Assembly (NCBI GenBank): GCA_965645245.1
Contig: OZ287078.1
Coordinates: 2,046,001 to 2,110,000 of the forward strand
DNA from: Massalongia carnosa
Lineage: Eukaryota
Direction: 5' to 3'
DNA: 64,000 nt
Shown here: positions 24,801-37,421 of the stretch, piece by piece
Layout of the letters: each line of letters opens with the position of its first letter
How positions within the stretch are numbered: position 1 is the first letter of the stretch
Translations under genes and position numbers: made by a program
Notes under the pieces: generated by a model
Told to the model about the DNA's origin: nothing
What the model saw: the letters and a program-made list of their open reading frames with translations, nothing else
Database searches by the model: none

Positions 24801-25925
24801 GGGGGTCCCGATGCTGCGGACTGATTTTGTTCAAGACGTCTGAATGCGGATGTTATCGCGGCGTCGATCATGGCTTGAATTGTCGGATCAATAGTAGGTT
24901 GGGCTGACGATGAGGCCATGCTTGGATGTAAAGAGGATGGCTTAAGCCTAAGAGTACCTGGGGCAAATTTGGGAGGGACCGCGTGTGGTTGGTCCTGCGG
25001 CCCAATTGGACTGTTGAATATTACTTCGTCGGCCGATGTCTCCCTTGTTGTAGCTCTAGTAGTAGAAGCCGGATTTTGATCAGGCTGATCAGGTATCGAG
25101 GTGTTCTGCAAAAGGTCAACACTTGGTCTTTCGGGAGTGGGAGTTCCGGAGGAATTTGATGGTTCCCTGAATATTAAGAAGCTATAGTAGTAAGATGAAC
25201 CTCGAAATTCTGCCGTGTCCTTATAGAAAACCTGTAGAGCTACTCTAAGATCGCCTTTGTCTGTGGCCCATCTATAGTCAAACGCTACGGGTTCTGCAGA
25301 GGATCTTGTGGATGGACCTGGCCTTAATGACGTTTGGATAGTGATAAGTTGACCTTCAGTTGGTCTAGTGTTGGTTGCAACTACAGCGGAGGCTACCTGC
25401 CTGATTTCTTTACTGATGAGATCGGCGTATCTGTGACCGGTTTTGATGAATTCTAGAAGCTGGAAGGCCACCAGGATTGTGCTACGATGCAAGATTGGTG
25501 TAGGATGAGAGGAAGCAAGAGCTGGGGGTTGAGAAGCCACGGTGAGAGTTGTGGGAGAGTGAGCTGGACTCAGCTTTGAGTCTAAACCGAGATAGAACTT
25601 GGTTTTGGTTTATAAACCTAGATGGAACTTGGTTTCTTCGGAGGGCTTGGTGAGAGGCTGATGAGCTCTCTTCTGGTGCTATGTCTAACAGTCTATGGTG
25701 CCAGGCAGAAGCGAAAGAAGCAGATCAAGTGCTACCATTTGTTGGGGTGTAAAAAGGATGTTTGATTTGAACTGAGCTGAGCTCGTCTATATACTGCTAC
25801 GCTAGTCCTAAACGAGTCATGACGACCGGTGACGAAAGCGCAATGCTTCATTTGCTTGATAAGCTACTAAGTTAATGCTAACTGCGATATCTCCTAATCG
25901 CTTTATCTCCGTGTGTACCTCAACA
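18871..25925 (-). mobile_element. Near-intact Ty3/Gypsy chromovirus
   Basis: Identical 186-bp LTRs at 18871-19056 and 25740-25925, PBS-like TGGTAGCA, PPT AAAGGGGGG. The flanks do not match (CTATC versus CAGGT). Confidence 0.95.
19097..25540 (-). CDS. gag-pol polyprotein (C2H2 finger, protease, RT, RNase H, integrase, chromodomain) with one in-frame TAG at 22304-22306
   Basis: CKRC..HRH, LDTG, YVDD, HAGH..CPAC, SDRD, YHPQTDG, YEVE..YLVRWLGY. The two ORFs are in the same frame. Confidence 0.92.
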
Positions 25926-27095
25926 CAGGTGGCTTGCATGAGGAATTACGTTGTCTTCAAGGATAAATGCTACCATTGCAAATACAAAAGCTAGGGTATA
26001 ACAAACAATCCCTGCTCATTCTTCCTAAATTCGATCTTTCAAAGTAACGTAACCATCGTTCTCCCCTTCCGCGCCCTTTCCCACACTCCGATAAACAGTT
26101 TTCACTCTGAATCTCCATCTCAAGCCTTGCCTCCAGCCCACTCGACTTCTTTGCCGCATTTCGATAGCACAAATTAGGCCCTTCACCCTAGCCATTGCTG
26201 ACAGCATCAACCGCATGGATGAGAAACCTACGATTCGCCATCTTTTTCGCCGTTTGTAGACCGAACAATTTCACCTCTCCAGAGTCAGGTAGCGTCAAAT
26301 CGTCAGGGCGTTCGATATTGTAACCTTGTCCAAGAGCCTCCTGTACTTAAGTCTAATTTGTCCATCTACGATGCTTTGCCGGTAGAAGTGGAACATTCAA
26401 CATTTTTTGAAGTGTTTATTAGTTACTTTTTCAAATAATTTAATCAACTCAAATGCGATTTGTAATATTCTTAAAGATAGAAATTATTGTAAAAACTCGC
26501 ATGTTTAACCTTTATGTGATTGCATAATTTTATATATAAAGGAGAGACTTTCACCTGACCCCCGCCAAGGCCTCTCCGGAAAATGTGACTCCCGAACCCG
26601 CTATCAGTATAGGTTTTAGAGCCCCATAACGAAACATCTAGAAGATACTAGAAACACGCCTCTTTCGATAGAAATATCTAAGGTCCCCCAAACCTCTCTC
26701 TGCAATAGAGATTATAAAGAAACACTAAGATATATTAACAAATGTATTATTGAATGATATACTTAATAATCGCTAAGACTAGTTCTAACATAGGAGTTCA
26801 CCTTCAAAATTAAACTCGAGAAAGGCAAGATGACCGGATGTATGTCCAAAGCAGATAAAGTTCCCGTAAATAGCTGAATATATCGATCGATAGTCGGATG
26901 GAAGCCAAAGAAACGTTGTTCTTTAAAAGCTATCCATTGATCTTCAACAAAGACAGAACATAGCTCTTTTTTCTGACGGAAAGGAGCACTATGGAGAGAT
27001 AAAGGAATGAAGATTTGCCCTCTATCCGTCTTTAGTTGTGAACCATCTGGAGAAAAGGATAGAGTGCTAATAAATATTTTATCAGTCAAAAGCGT

Positions 27096-27725
27096 GCTGC
27101 GACAAGACCCTGTACCTGCGTCCCAGAGCCGGATCGTGTAGTCGTACGAGGCAGACGCTATCACCTGGCCGTCCGGCGAGAAGGCTACAGCGTTGACCCA
27201 CTTCGAGTGACCCTCGAGCGTGCTGCGGCAAGACCCTGTACCTGCGTCCCAGAGCCGGATCGTGTTGTCGTCCGAGGCAGACGCTATCAGCTGGCCGTCC
27301 GGCGAGAAGGCTACAGCGTTGATCTCCGCCAAGTGACCCTCGAGCGTGCTACGGCAAGACCCTGTACCTGCGTCCCAGAGCCGGATCGTGTTGTCGTCCG
27401 AGGTAGACGCTATCAGCTGGCCGTCCGGCGAGAAGGCTACAGCGTTGATCTCCGCCGAGTGACCCTCGAGCGTGCTGCGGCAAGACCCTGTACCTGCGTC
27501 CCAGAGCCGGATCGTCTCGTCGTCCGAGGCAGACGCTATCAGCTAGCCGTCCGGCGAGAAGGCTACAGCGCTGATCACGTCCGAGTGACCCTCGAGCGTG
27601 CTGCGGCAAGACCCTGTACCTGCGTCCCAGAGCCGGATCGTGTTGTCGCTCGAGGCAGACGCTATCAGCTGGCCGTCCGGCGAGAAGGCTACAGCGTAGA
27701 TCTCCGCCGAGTGATCCTCGAGCGT
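27096..27725 (-). repeat. Five highly conserved 126-bp WD40 repeat units
   Basis: Unit TLEGHS....[30 protein letters not shown] repeated five times. Confidence 0.95.
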
Positions 27726-29429
27726 CTGCAGTAAGGCATTCCAATCTTTTTGCACCTTTGGTAGTCTAGTAATCCATTTAGGAATATGATCGTCGAATGT
27801 TTTCCGTGTTATACTCATCTCTGGAGCAAAGATTAAGGCTGAAGAATAGAGTTGTAGAGGTGCCTCTTCTAGCATTGATCTGTTCCGCAGGGCAAAGCGC
27901 TTTCCATCGTGGAGAAAAGCCAATATCGCGGCACTTTTATCGGCCTAGACTGACAAGTAAGAATAAAACCAATACAAAGGGCCTAAAAATACCTTACATC
28001 TGTAATCGGTTGCAGGCTGTTAATTATACGAATGCTATCGGATGTCTCTCCCATAAGACTCATAGCTTCTAGCCAGTAAAGGAAGTACTTTTGTAGAAAT
28101 ACGTGAACTGGGTCTCCGTCACGGATAGAGCCTTCACTCTGCTTTAAGTGGTGCGCCCAGTAGCGGCATGCGTATCGGACTTCTAGTGACAAAGCATTGT
28201 CTATTATCTGATTATTGAGCTCGCTTCTTAGAGTTCCAGGCCTCGTTAAGTTGCACATGTTTTGCCTTAGACCCTTTGGACTGGACATTAGTTGAAGGCA
28301 TTTGCTAGCTAATCTCTTATGCGTTTCCCGCTCGTCTACCCAGAACGGGCTCTTCCCACGCTTTTGAGTATCAAGGAGAAAGTCACGAAAAGATAAATGT
28401 AGAAGCCTTATGGGCATATCCTCGTCAACAGGGATGCTGAGCACAGAGTGTAGTAAGTCTAGCCTGCAGCTTATATCCTCTTTATGAATATTAAGGAGGT
28501 GTGCAAGTGAGACAATCGAGAGGGGACTCTCCAGAACAACAATACTCCCGACTAATTCTCGGAATTCGCTAGTTCTCCTCTCTTTGTCTACCTCATCTTT
28601 ATCATCAAATAACTGATTTAGAATGGGAAGATACGTTCCATCCAGCTTGGAGACCTGATTTGTCGTTTGATTATTCGTTTGATACTGAGGAATGATCTCC
28701 AAGTGCTTTTTAGGATTGTCTCGTTTATCTTCAATAAATCGACAGGCCGTGGCAGCGAAGATAAACAGGGGAATAGCCATCTCAACTAGGGCCTGGATTT
28801 GATTCTTGCTAGGCCAGTCTTGGGGCAATGAGCGCTGCTTGCCTATCATCCTGAGCTTATGCTCTAAGAAGAGCGTAATGTCATGTTCAATTGTCTCTTT
28901 TGGTATATCGTGAAGAATTAGGTCCTGATACGTTCAGTCTAACATTTGCTTGAAGCCGAGACGAATGGGGAGCTCCGGTCTGCTCGTTACAAAAGTCCGT
29001 AACGAAATTGGCCCAAGACACTTAGTTCGTGCGAGAAGTTGAAGGATTATTTTTATATCTTCATCTTGCTCGCACTCGTCTAACGCGTATATTACGATAA
29101 CTAGTCCCAATACATTTGGAGGAGCTTGCCTCAGTTCTGAGAGTGGCTGGACGATCAACTTCTCGAACTGTTCTTTTAGAGCTTTATCGGAAATCCCTGG
29201 GTCAGCATCGATTGCTTTCGCTATGCCTGATTTTAACCCTGGTACATGAGCCATCAGATCTTTGGCGATAGTGGTGAAGAGTCTGCCTGCAGTTCCCCGG
29301 TCACCCTCCCCTTTCTTGAAGAAAAAGCTTGCGCCAAGCTGACCTTCATCGGCAAATAGCCGGGCAACAGTCCGTGCAATCGTAGACTTTCCAGTGCCAG
29401 CCATACCGTTTAACCAGAATATAGGTTTG

Positions 29430-29763
29430 TGTCGGACCGTTCTTATTGATCTGGAAAATGATGTTCTCCTTGTCTATCTAAACTGGAAATTCTAGCTAGC
29501 TATATAGACCATTTCGCCACATTCTTTCATAATCTAGATATCTTCCAGCCACTTCTATTTAATAATAAATCATTAGTGATCCGGAACCCATGCGAGGTAC
29601 AATGCTTTGAAATCATTGAGTATTAGAAATTAGATATATGGCATAGAAAGAAATAGCATCTGAAAGATCGAGGCCTCGGTTATTAGTCCGAAATCACGTG
29701 CTTTTCCTTCAACAGGATCTTACTTCGGGAATGGGCTTGAACCACGGTCTATTAATATCGACA
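29430..29763. mobile_element. Solo LTR (334 bp) inserted just before the NACHT Walker A motif
   Basis: TGTCGG...TCGACA with a GTTTG TSD; removal restores GYGKPIFWLNG. Confidence 0.92.
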
Positions 29764-32190
29764 GTTTGCCATACCCGTCCTTCGCCCATCCCTTAATTTG
29801 ACGCTGCAGCTCCACTCTAGTATTTGCAAGGCATCTTGCACTGTGCTCCTCCATGTGCGAGTCGAATGACGCTCCATTAGCGACCGGCAGTTTGGCGAAG
29901 TCGATCTTCTGATGAAGGTTGTCGGTCTTCTTGTCAACAAGGTTCATCTTCTGATCAACATCTAGCATGATGCCCCTACATAGCTTATCAGCCACCCTCG
30001 TCCGTAACAAGACTCGGGAGCTCAGGGACTCACGTTTGGTCCATTTGGAGTGCTAGATTGTAGGTCTGCTTGTAACTTTCAAGACTAGCGACAAGCTTTT
30101 CCACGTTCTCGCTCGTAAAAGGCCATTGCAAAGATCGAACCCCAAACCTGCTCATGGCCTTGCGAGTCTTCCCGACCTTCAGCTGCAGATTCAGTTCTTT
30201 TAGCTGCAGAAAGCAGTCTTTGAGCGAGCCCGTTAACTTGTGGGTAATCGAAAGCCGCGTTTTGTCCCGTCCATCCAATAGCTTCTTGACTTCTTCGAGG
30301 ACGTCTTTGATGTCGCTAACCTTCCTTTGAAGGCGTTCGATGTCCTTCTTCGCATTCTTGACGGCGGCTGTTTACTGGAAACAGAGCGAGGTGATTTTAG
30401 CGGATATGTCGATGATAGCGATGACACTTGCTGCTCCCGAAAGGCCATCCATAATGCGAGGCTTAGCGGAGGTGCTGGGTTTGACGATAAACGTGCAGTA
30501 GCACACTCGTGTACACACACAACTGCAAGAGAGTATCAACTCGACTGAGGCTGAGAAGGTAAGCCAGCGCGGCTGACACCTGGAGTTGCTGGCAGCATTT
30601 CATTGGAGTGGGGTTCGACTTTACATTCATTCGCTCGTTTCTTCTTCGGCGCTGATCACGCGCAGACTTCGCCTAACTTAATAAGACTCCGGCGGTTGGC
30701 AAATTTTAGATCATGTTTCGGGCTTAGCACCATTCTGTACCATCGCCGTCCAATATTCGGTTCATTCCTGTATTGGTTTTGCAATACAGTTTCTAGATCT
30801 GCCAGATCGCTTCGGAGTAAAGGATATATCTTCTCACCAGGTCGAATTTATCAGTGAGCCCTTGACCCAGCGCGAACAGGCCGATCAAGTCCCTGCGGTT
30901 GGCTAACTTCACCGCTCGGATTCTACCTTTAGTCGCTTCGTGATAGGCCTCTGGGAAAGCATTCCATATGCTCTGCGCGATTGCGCAGTCGATCCAAATA
31001 TGTTCAGTGGTTTATAGTTCATCATTCAGAAGACATCGCTACTCTTCTTCGATTAGTCAAGTTAAAGCTTCATTAGTTTGGACTACATTTGGTAGTCATT
31101 TAGTAGAAGTCGATAGAGCAAGTCATTGGCCTTGAATACTCTTTAGGCGCGCCCAATGGCCTTCCATAGCTCCAAAGCTCATGCTACTCGATTTAATACT
31201 TCCCGACACAAATTTCGCGATGCCGTCTTTCAGCGATAAGTCCCGAACCTTCTCCGTTATGACCTTATAAGCACATCGATAGGAGACCTTTCATTTAAGG
31301 TGAGTACCGTCTTTTCCCCGGATCCTCTCTGTGCCGTTGTTGTTAAAAGTCCTTGAAATTTTGGTGATGAGGTCGTAGTTATCACCTATTATTCTGATTT
31401 CTTCGTACTCTTCAGAGGCTAATCGCCCTCATATATCTGAGGATGAGACGCCAATGCCTCAACTTCTCAGACGGCGGGGCCTCTCTCAGATAGTCGCGGG
31501 AAGTACCAAAGATTAATATTCAACATCTCTCTCGCCATTTTCAGCTCGAAAAATGTTGAAGGTTCTATTAAGGTGAATTGATCACTTGAATGTATGATAC
31601 GAATATTTAGAAGAAATAATTCTTCTGTTTATCATCGGCAGAAATTTCACCTAAACTCGTAGGTACGGTGGAATATAACTGTTAGGACCAGATTTACTTA
31701 AGCGGCGTACATACATGTCATCTTACGGTGGAATAACATTCAAGGGTAGGGTGCCATTTCGCGCCCTGGGCCGATTTATTTAATTCGAGCGGCCAGTAAT
31801 AGCCCGGATTCGAAATATTAACATATGTCGGAAGGATAAAATTCAATCACATTGTGATTTTATAAAAATCGCGGCGCAAAGGGTGTTTGAAGAGGGTTTG
31901 CCTATTCAAAGCACAGGAACATCAAGACTCGAGGCCGAAGAACGTCAGCAGATGATGAGTACCGTGAGAAATTTTGTATATATAAACTGTAAAGTTTCGT
32001 GCAGCGATTCCGAGTCTGTAAGAATTAACCTAGTCGCATGAATATCAAGCTGTAAAGCCAATAAAACAATTCAGCTTCATTGAACATAAGATCCCGCTTG
32101 CGCATACTTTGCAGATAATCGGGAACTTACATATTGATCTACGCAATGAAAAAATTTTCCCCCGAGTTAGCAGTTGTCATCATTATCATC

Positions 32191-33444
32191 ATGAGCGCAT
32201 TACCCATTGAGTATTTGAGCGAGTGGCGAATGATCGTGTGTCGCAAATATCAACATACTATTTGGCCCGCTCAGGTGCAATCCCATTTTCAAGGCCCACA
32301 GCATCGCATGAAAATCAAAGAAGCCGCACCCATCGCGGAGACGGCGCAATCATGGCCCAATTCAATTCATTATCCCGTTGAATTACAGATCCCCATTCGA
32401 ATCGATAGTCCCGTCCGTATTTTGCCTGTGTATTCCGATGGTTTATTATGTCAAATGGAACCGGAACGATGTCAATACATTTGTCGCAATGAACACGGCA
32501 TGAGAATGCATAGCAAGCAAAATCATGGATGGACGGCGCAAGCGCGAAAGGGAAGACCCAGTAAGATTTCCACCATAAACCCGACTCCCAAGCCATGGCG
32601 AACCGTCACATGTCAGCGGTTTTTCGTTTATGGTCAAGGATCACATTTTATAGAGATAGTTAATGTAGGATCGGCATGAAGAACGACTGTCGGCATGAAG
32701 AACGACTGTCGGCATGAAGAACGACTGTCGGCATGAAGAACGACTGTCGGCATGAAGAACGACTGTCGGCATGAAGAACGACTGTCGGCATGAAGAACGA
32801 CTGTCGGCATGAAGAACGACTGCGAGAGTTGGAGTTAGTTTGCAAAGGCAAGCGCGACAGACCATAAGTCAGGCTATAACGGCAGTCAAAGAGAAAGAAC
32901 GCAGGATGATCCAGGAGGGAGAGCAGACGGAGGTGAACCAATTGTTGGAGAGAACTGGGTTTTTGTGCGCATGGAAGCAGTGCAAAAAGACAACAGCAGC
33001 CAGGAATACACGCCGTTGCAACCATAGATGGACAACCAATCAATCCAAGATCACAGTCGGCCATGGAAGCAGGTGTTGATGTTTTTTGCCTGTGCGCGGC
33101 CCCAAGGCAGCGAGAGTAACCCGCCATATCGATTTACCCCAGCCCAGAAACGAGCATGGAGACGATTTTGTACCTCCATGAAAGGGCCTAGGAAGAAAAT
33201 GAGTCAGTCGAGGAAGTCGAATCAAAATTGTCAGCGGTGCAAATCCTAGATGTTGAAGAGACAGACTGCCCCATACATAAAGACGCCGGACTGAGTCGGG
33301 TCGATGAATTTTGGATGGATTTTTGCGTTGCGTTGTTGGATCAACGAATTAAACGCACCGAATGCGACAGCCATTGGTGAACGCTTTGGCGGTGTTGGGA
33401 GTGGACGAGGATCGATTGTTAGGACCTGATCGATACCCACCCAT
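32191..33444 (+). pseudogene. DUF3505-type zinc-finger protein, divergent homologue of 55303-63426, truncated by a Gypsy LTR
   Basis: EWRMIVC..QH, CQ....CQYIC...MH...H, PWRTVTCQRFF, LLERTG, DFCVALLD.. Confidence 0.75.
32671..32822 (+). repeat. Minisatellite of 8 perfect copies of a 19-bp unit
   Basis: (tcggcatgaagaacgactg)x8. Confidence 0.97.
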
Positions 33445-34840
33445 TGTCACGTTCGGTAGGCAAAGGTCCTATCTATGTGGTGAACAGTGCTTTATTACGA
33501 AGTATGCTACATGATAGCTAGACAAGACGAACACGAAGAGAAAAGCATTACTTACTTGCAGAGATTTCCTATATGCCTCCTAAATGACACCTTAAGCTCA
33601 ATGTGATTAGACTGCAGGAGCGCGGAAGAGGCAATAATCAAGCTGGTCCGTGAAACCGAGCTATACCTTAATGGTGCACCTACGGAAACCGTAGATGGAA
33701 GTTCAATGAACCTTCAGGTGTTCAGTTCATACCATGACAGTAGCTCCCTCCATCAAGGCCTGATTCTACGCAGGCTAATGATGACAGTAGGTGTGAATCA
33801 CTGGGGCTTACCTGGATAACGTCTGTGAAATTCCTTCAATCTAGCAGTTGCGTTGGTAACGTACTCAGCTTACTCCCAGGTAGGATCGTTCCATCTTATC
33901 CACTGCACAAGATACTTCAGACGTTTTCGCACAAGCTTGGAGTCGAGGATTTCCTCCACTTCATACTCTTCCTCGCCGTCGACGAGGACTGCTGGAGGAG
34001 CCGGAGGGATATGGCCAAGATGAGGATCGCGAGGGACAGGGGTCAGGAGCGAGACATGGAACACTGGATGGATTTTCATACCGAGAGGGAGGTCGAGGCG
34101 ATAGGCATATTTGCTGACGACTTGGGATACCCTGAAGGGACCGAGCTTCTTCCAGTCTAGTTTGCGAGTAGGTCTCTGAGTACGTATGTTTTTAGCATTC
34201 AGCCATACGCTTCATAAACCGCAGCTGGGACTCGATGTTCATTGGCGTTTTACTCATATTTGGCTTGCGAGAACTGCATTTCTTCTTGAAGTCTTCTGCT
34301 TATTTCCTGCATTCTGATGATAAAGCTCTCAGCGTTGAGACTGGCGGGTGACGATACTTGATCCACAGGCTCGAATCCCATGCGTGGGTGGAATCCCATT
34401 TCTGCAAAGAAGGGGCTGTAGCCAGTGGTTTCCAAAGTCGTGTTATTGCCCGTGAACTCTGCCAGCGGCAACCAGTCAACCCAATCGTCCTATAAGTAGT
34501 CGGAGTACATCCGCAGATAATTTTCAATGGACGAATGAGAAGTGGCGTCTCTTGGAAAGACGGTCAACTACTACCATGATCGCATCGAAGCCCTAACTCT
34601 CGGGTAGACAGGTGACGAAGTCAACTGAAATATCCTGCCAGCGTTGTTCTGGTACATTGCAGGGACCTGGGTACTCCCATCTTTCTTTGAAGAGAGGTCT
34701 TGCTTCGGGCGCAAACATGACAGTGCTTCACGTAATTAGCTATGAACTGATCTAACCGAGGTTAATAGTACTGGCGTCGCATAAGATCAAAAGTCTTCGC
34801 TCTTCCATGGTGTCCCGCCACTGGGATGTCGTGCATTATT
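33445..34840 (-). mobile_element. Truncated Gypsy chromovirus: 3' LTR (33445-33739), PPT, chromodomain, partial integrase
   Basis: TGTCAC..TGACA LTR related to 48474-48745; IHPVFHVSLL, EYEVEEILDS, LPLAEF. Confidence 0.88.
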
Positions 34841-35863
34841 TTACAGACTTTCATTTTCACTCAATCGAGGCTTCTGTGTATTCGCCCAAGGTGAACATAA
34901 TTCAACCGCGTGTCTGGATGTTATCAGAGCGTTGAAAAAAGGAATCATGGCACGTAGGATTGGTTGATGAGCAGGGCTAGAGTTGAATTTGGTTCGCCTT
35001 GATATGTCACCCCGGAGTAAACGATAAGCATCTATTTTTTTGATTTCGGAGACTGTCTCGTCCTCCGTTATGCCAGCCCTTGTGCCGGAAGTAAACTTGA
35101 TCGGGAGGACCTTTGAGATCTCGAGAGTTTGCGAGGAGAGTGTCGCAGGCAAACCCCGACGAGTGCGTATTTGTGAAGGTAACAAGATATTATCCAGCGC
35201 GCGGGAAGGGTTTCTCGGTGGAGACGAGGGGAACGTTTCCCTTCGTAAGGAGCTCCTTCGAGATGGAGAACTTGAGCTGTATTGAATACCGCGGCCTGCA
35301 CCGGCCCGTAATGTTCTCGCCACATACTTAGTTATCGGCGTTTTCTGTTCTAAGTCAGAACCCGATACATGCATTCATGACTGTACTATTTACACTCGGC
35401 TGGAAACTCGCATCGCTTGAGTCGTTGCCAGTACTAGATTCAGCCAACTCGTCCACACAATGCAGGCGATGTGAGCGTTTGTTGTCTCCGTAAGTGTTAT
35501 TTCCATCAAATTGTGCACGAGAGCGTTTTAGTTGTGCCAATGTAGGCAAGTCTTCCTCGGAAGGCGAATCATCAAAATCCTGAGAGTTCTCGAAGGAAAA
35601 GCAAAGTCAGCCGATACGCGTTGGTTTCTATACATCCTGGGGAGGTTCGTACCATTGTGATTCTTTGTGGGTTGTTAGTAGTGGTTGCCTTTGATGTTGA
35701 CATAGTGAAAAAAAAGAAGAAACAAGGAATATGCAATACCTGTGGGTTTGGGAAACGAGCAAAGTAGAAGAGATCGACGCGAAAAGTAAAAGGAACAAGT
35801 TTGCCATTGCAATCAAATCTAGCGTGTTAGGATCGTTGATTTTGTTATGATATGCTAACGGTT

Positions 35864-35958
35864 CCTGTTAGATTAAAACAGCCCCTGTTAGATCATGAAA
35901 ACCCTGTTAGATCAAGAAAATCCTGTTAGCTGTTAGATTAGGATTAGTTAGTGTTAGC
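35864..35958 (+). repeat. Degenerate ~20-bp repeats with a CTGTTAGAT core
   Basis: cctgttagat recurs several times at ~19-21 bp spacing. Confidence 0.75.
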
Positions 35959-36359
35959 TTACCGTAGATCATCTCTGTAAAAGGTTCAGTATGTCAAACC
36001 TCAAAAGTCTCAAACGATAAAGTCTCCAATGCCCGTGATCCCGAGTCATATGTAGATAGTTCGTAGTCCTCCAGTATCGTGAGCGCTGCGACTGTTATTT
36101 TGAACGTCGGTATTCATTCTATGTTTTAGTATCTGTTCTATGCAGTAGGTTAAATTATTTCATTGAATCGATAATGAGAGTAGTATAGGATGTGACGCAC
36201 CACAAATGCAACATGACATCCGGCTAGGGAAGATAACATAGTCAATAGATTTTCTCGTGTCGTTATGCTCCTGACCTAACGAATACATCAGCTCATTCTA
36301 GTCAAAGCTCGATTCTATGGTCTCCCCAAGATGCTGCACATATGGATTAAACTCTGGAT

Positions 36360-37420
36360 CTGGCTTGATATGTCACTATTTTTTTGTTATTTCGATGGGT
36401 TTAGAATTGTAATTCTTGTACAGCTTGGCCAAGAATGAAAAGGTCGCGGCGACTCGTAACTTGTACGCCGTCAAGAAAAACGCACAAAAGAACGCTTTGG
36501 TGCCTCTCCTATCCGACCTCTATCGATCCATGCTGCACTTCGTGCTGCACAATCTTCCTTGAGCTTTGTCTCCGCTATGACTATGAGCGCATTCATGTCG
36601 GCGACGTATTTCTTCTTGAAGAGGCATGGCACCTCTTGATGCCTATGTGGGGGAATATCTATCAATGGCTGGTCGTCGAACCAACGACTCTGACTAGTCC
36701 GGCGAATCATAATCCGCTGTAGCAGCGCTCTGAAAGTTCCCGTTACCTTCTTTTTATCTTCTATGTTACCGGCTTGATTTTTTATCAATACGTGAAAGGT
36801 TTTTCCAATGCTTTCTAATCCCGCTCTAGTTCCATGCTGTAGCACTGAGTCTGCTTCCCAGCTTTCGGTAGCCAATGCTCGCAAATAGCCGGCCATATCC
36901 ATAGGAGAAATGTCGATGTTTGAAGTACTTTCCCGCGAGGATATGCAATAGGCTGGGAAGTGTAGCGGAGACACTCTTTTGCTTATGGATCTCATCTACA
37001 ATGAAGCGCCCCCATTGGACGCCATCTTTAACTAGTTGAGGGGCTCGTTCTTTACGTGGAATTAGCTTCCGGAGTAGTGTTTGTACTTGACCATGGTAAG
37101 AGCCCGTAGTAGTTAGCACCACATATCGCTCCTAACCGGAGATTGGCTGATCGTCGGAGTTCGTATGTAGACTGAGTCGATGGTGGTATTGTAGTTGCAG
37201 AGTCTTTTCATCTCGATGTGCTATAAACAACTGAAGATCCATCAAAGAGGAGCGTTGAGTGTCCACTGACTTCTCCCACTCATTCTTCCAATTCTGTAAT
37301 AGATTCTTTACTGCGAAAACTAATGAAGGACCAGGTAAGGTAATGAGTTTGGCAGATGGTGAACGATCTACGCAAGGACAGCACATAGGATAAGGCTCGG
37401 TAGGACATCTCACGAGATGC
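36360..37420 (-). pseudogene. SNF2-family helicase fragment
   Basis: PSLV..LLQNWKNEW, WGRFIVDEIH, IMIRRT...W...PL..IP; frameshifted. Confidence 0.65.
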
Positions 37421-37421
37421 T

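Larger units (their letters stand above)
26763..30452 (-). pseudogene. NLR of HET-E/NWD type: HeLo-like N-terminus, NACHT, WD40 repeats; inactivated
   Basis: MDGLSGAASVIA start, [60 protein letters not shown]. Stops near 30375, 28934 and 27543, a solo-LTR insertion, and GT-AG introns near 30030 and 27960. Confidence 0.93.

Noticed and set aside
24760..24810. Collagen-like gene
   Set aside because: A short (PPG)n tract inside the Gypsy gag.
27207..27744. Repetitive ORFs 27207..27734 (+) and 27349..27744 (-)
   Set aside because: Antisense or alternative-frame shadows of the WD40 repeats.
32671..32822. CRISPR-like array
   Set aside because: The repeats are contiguous with no spacers, and the context is eukaryotic.
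34841..35816. ORF fragments between the Gypsy relic and the SNF2 fragment
   Set aside because: Broken frames with no identifiable domain.
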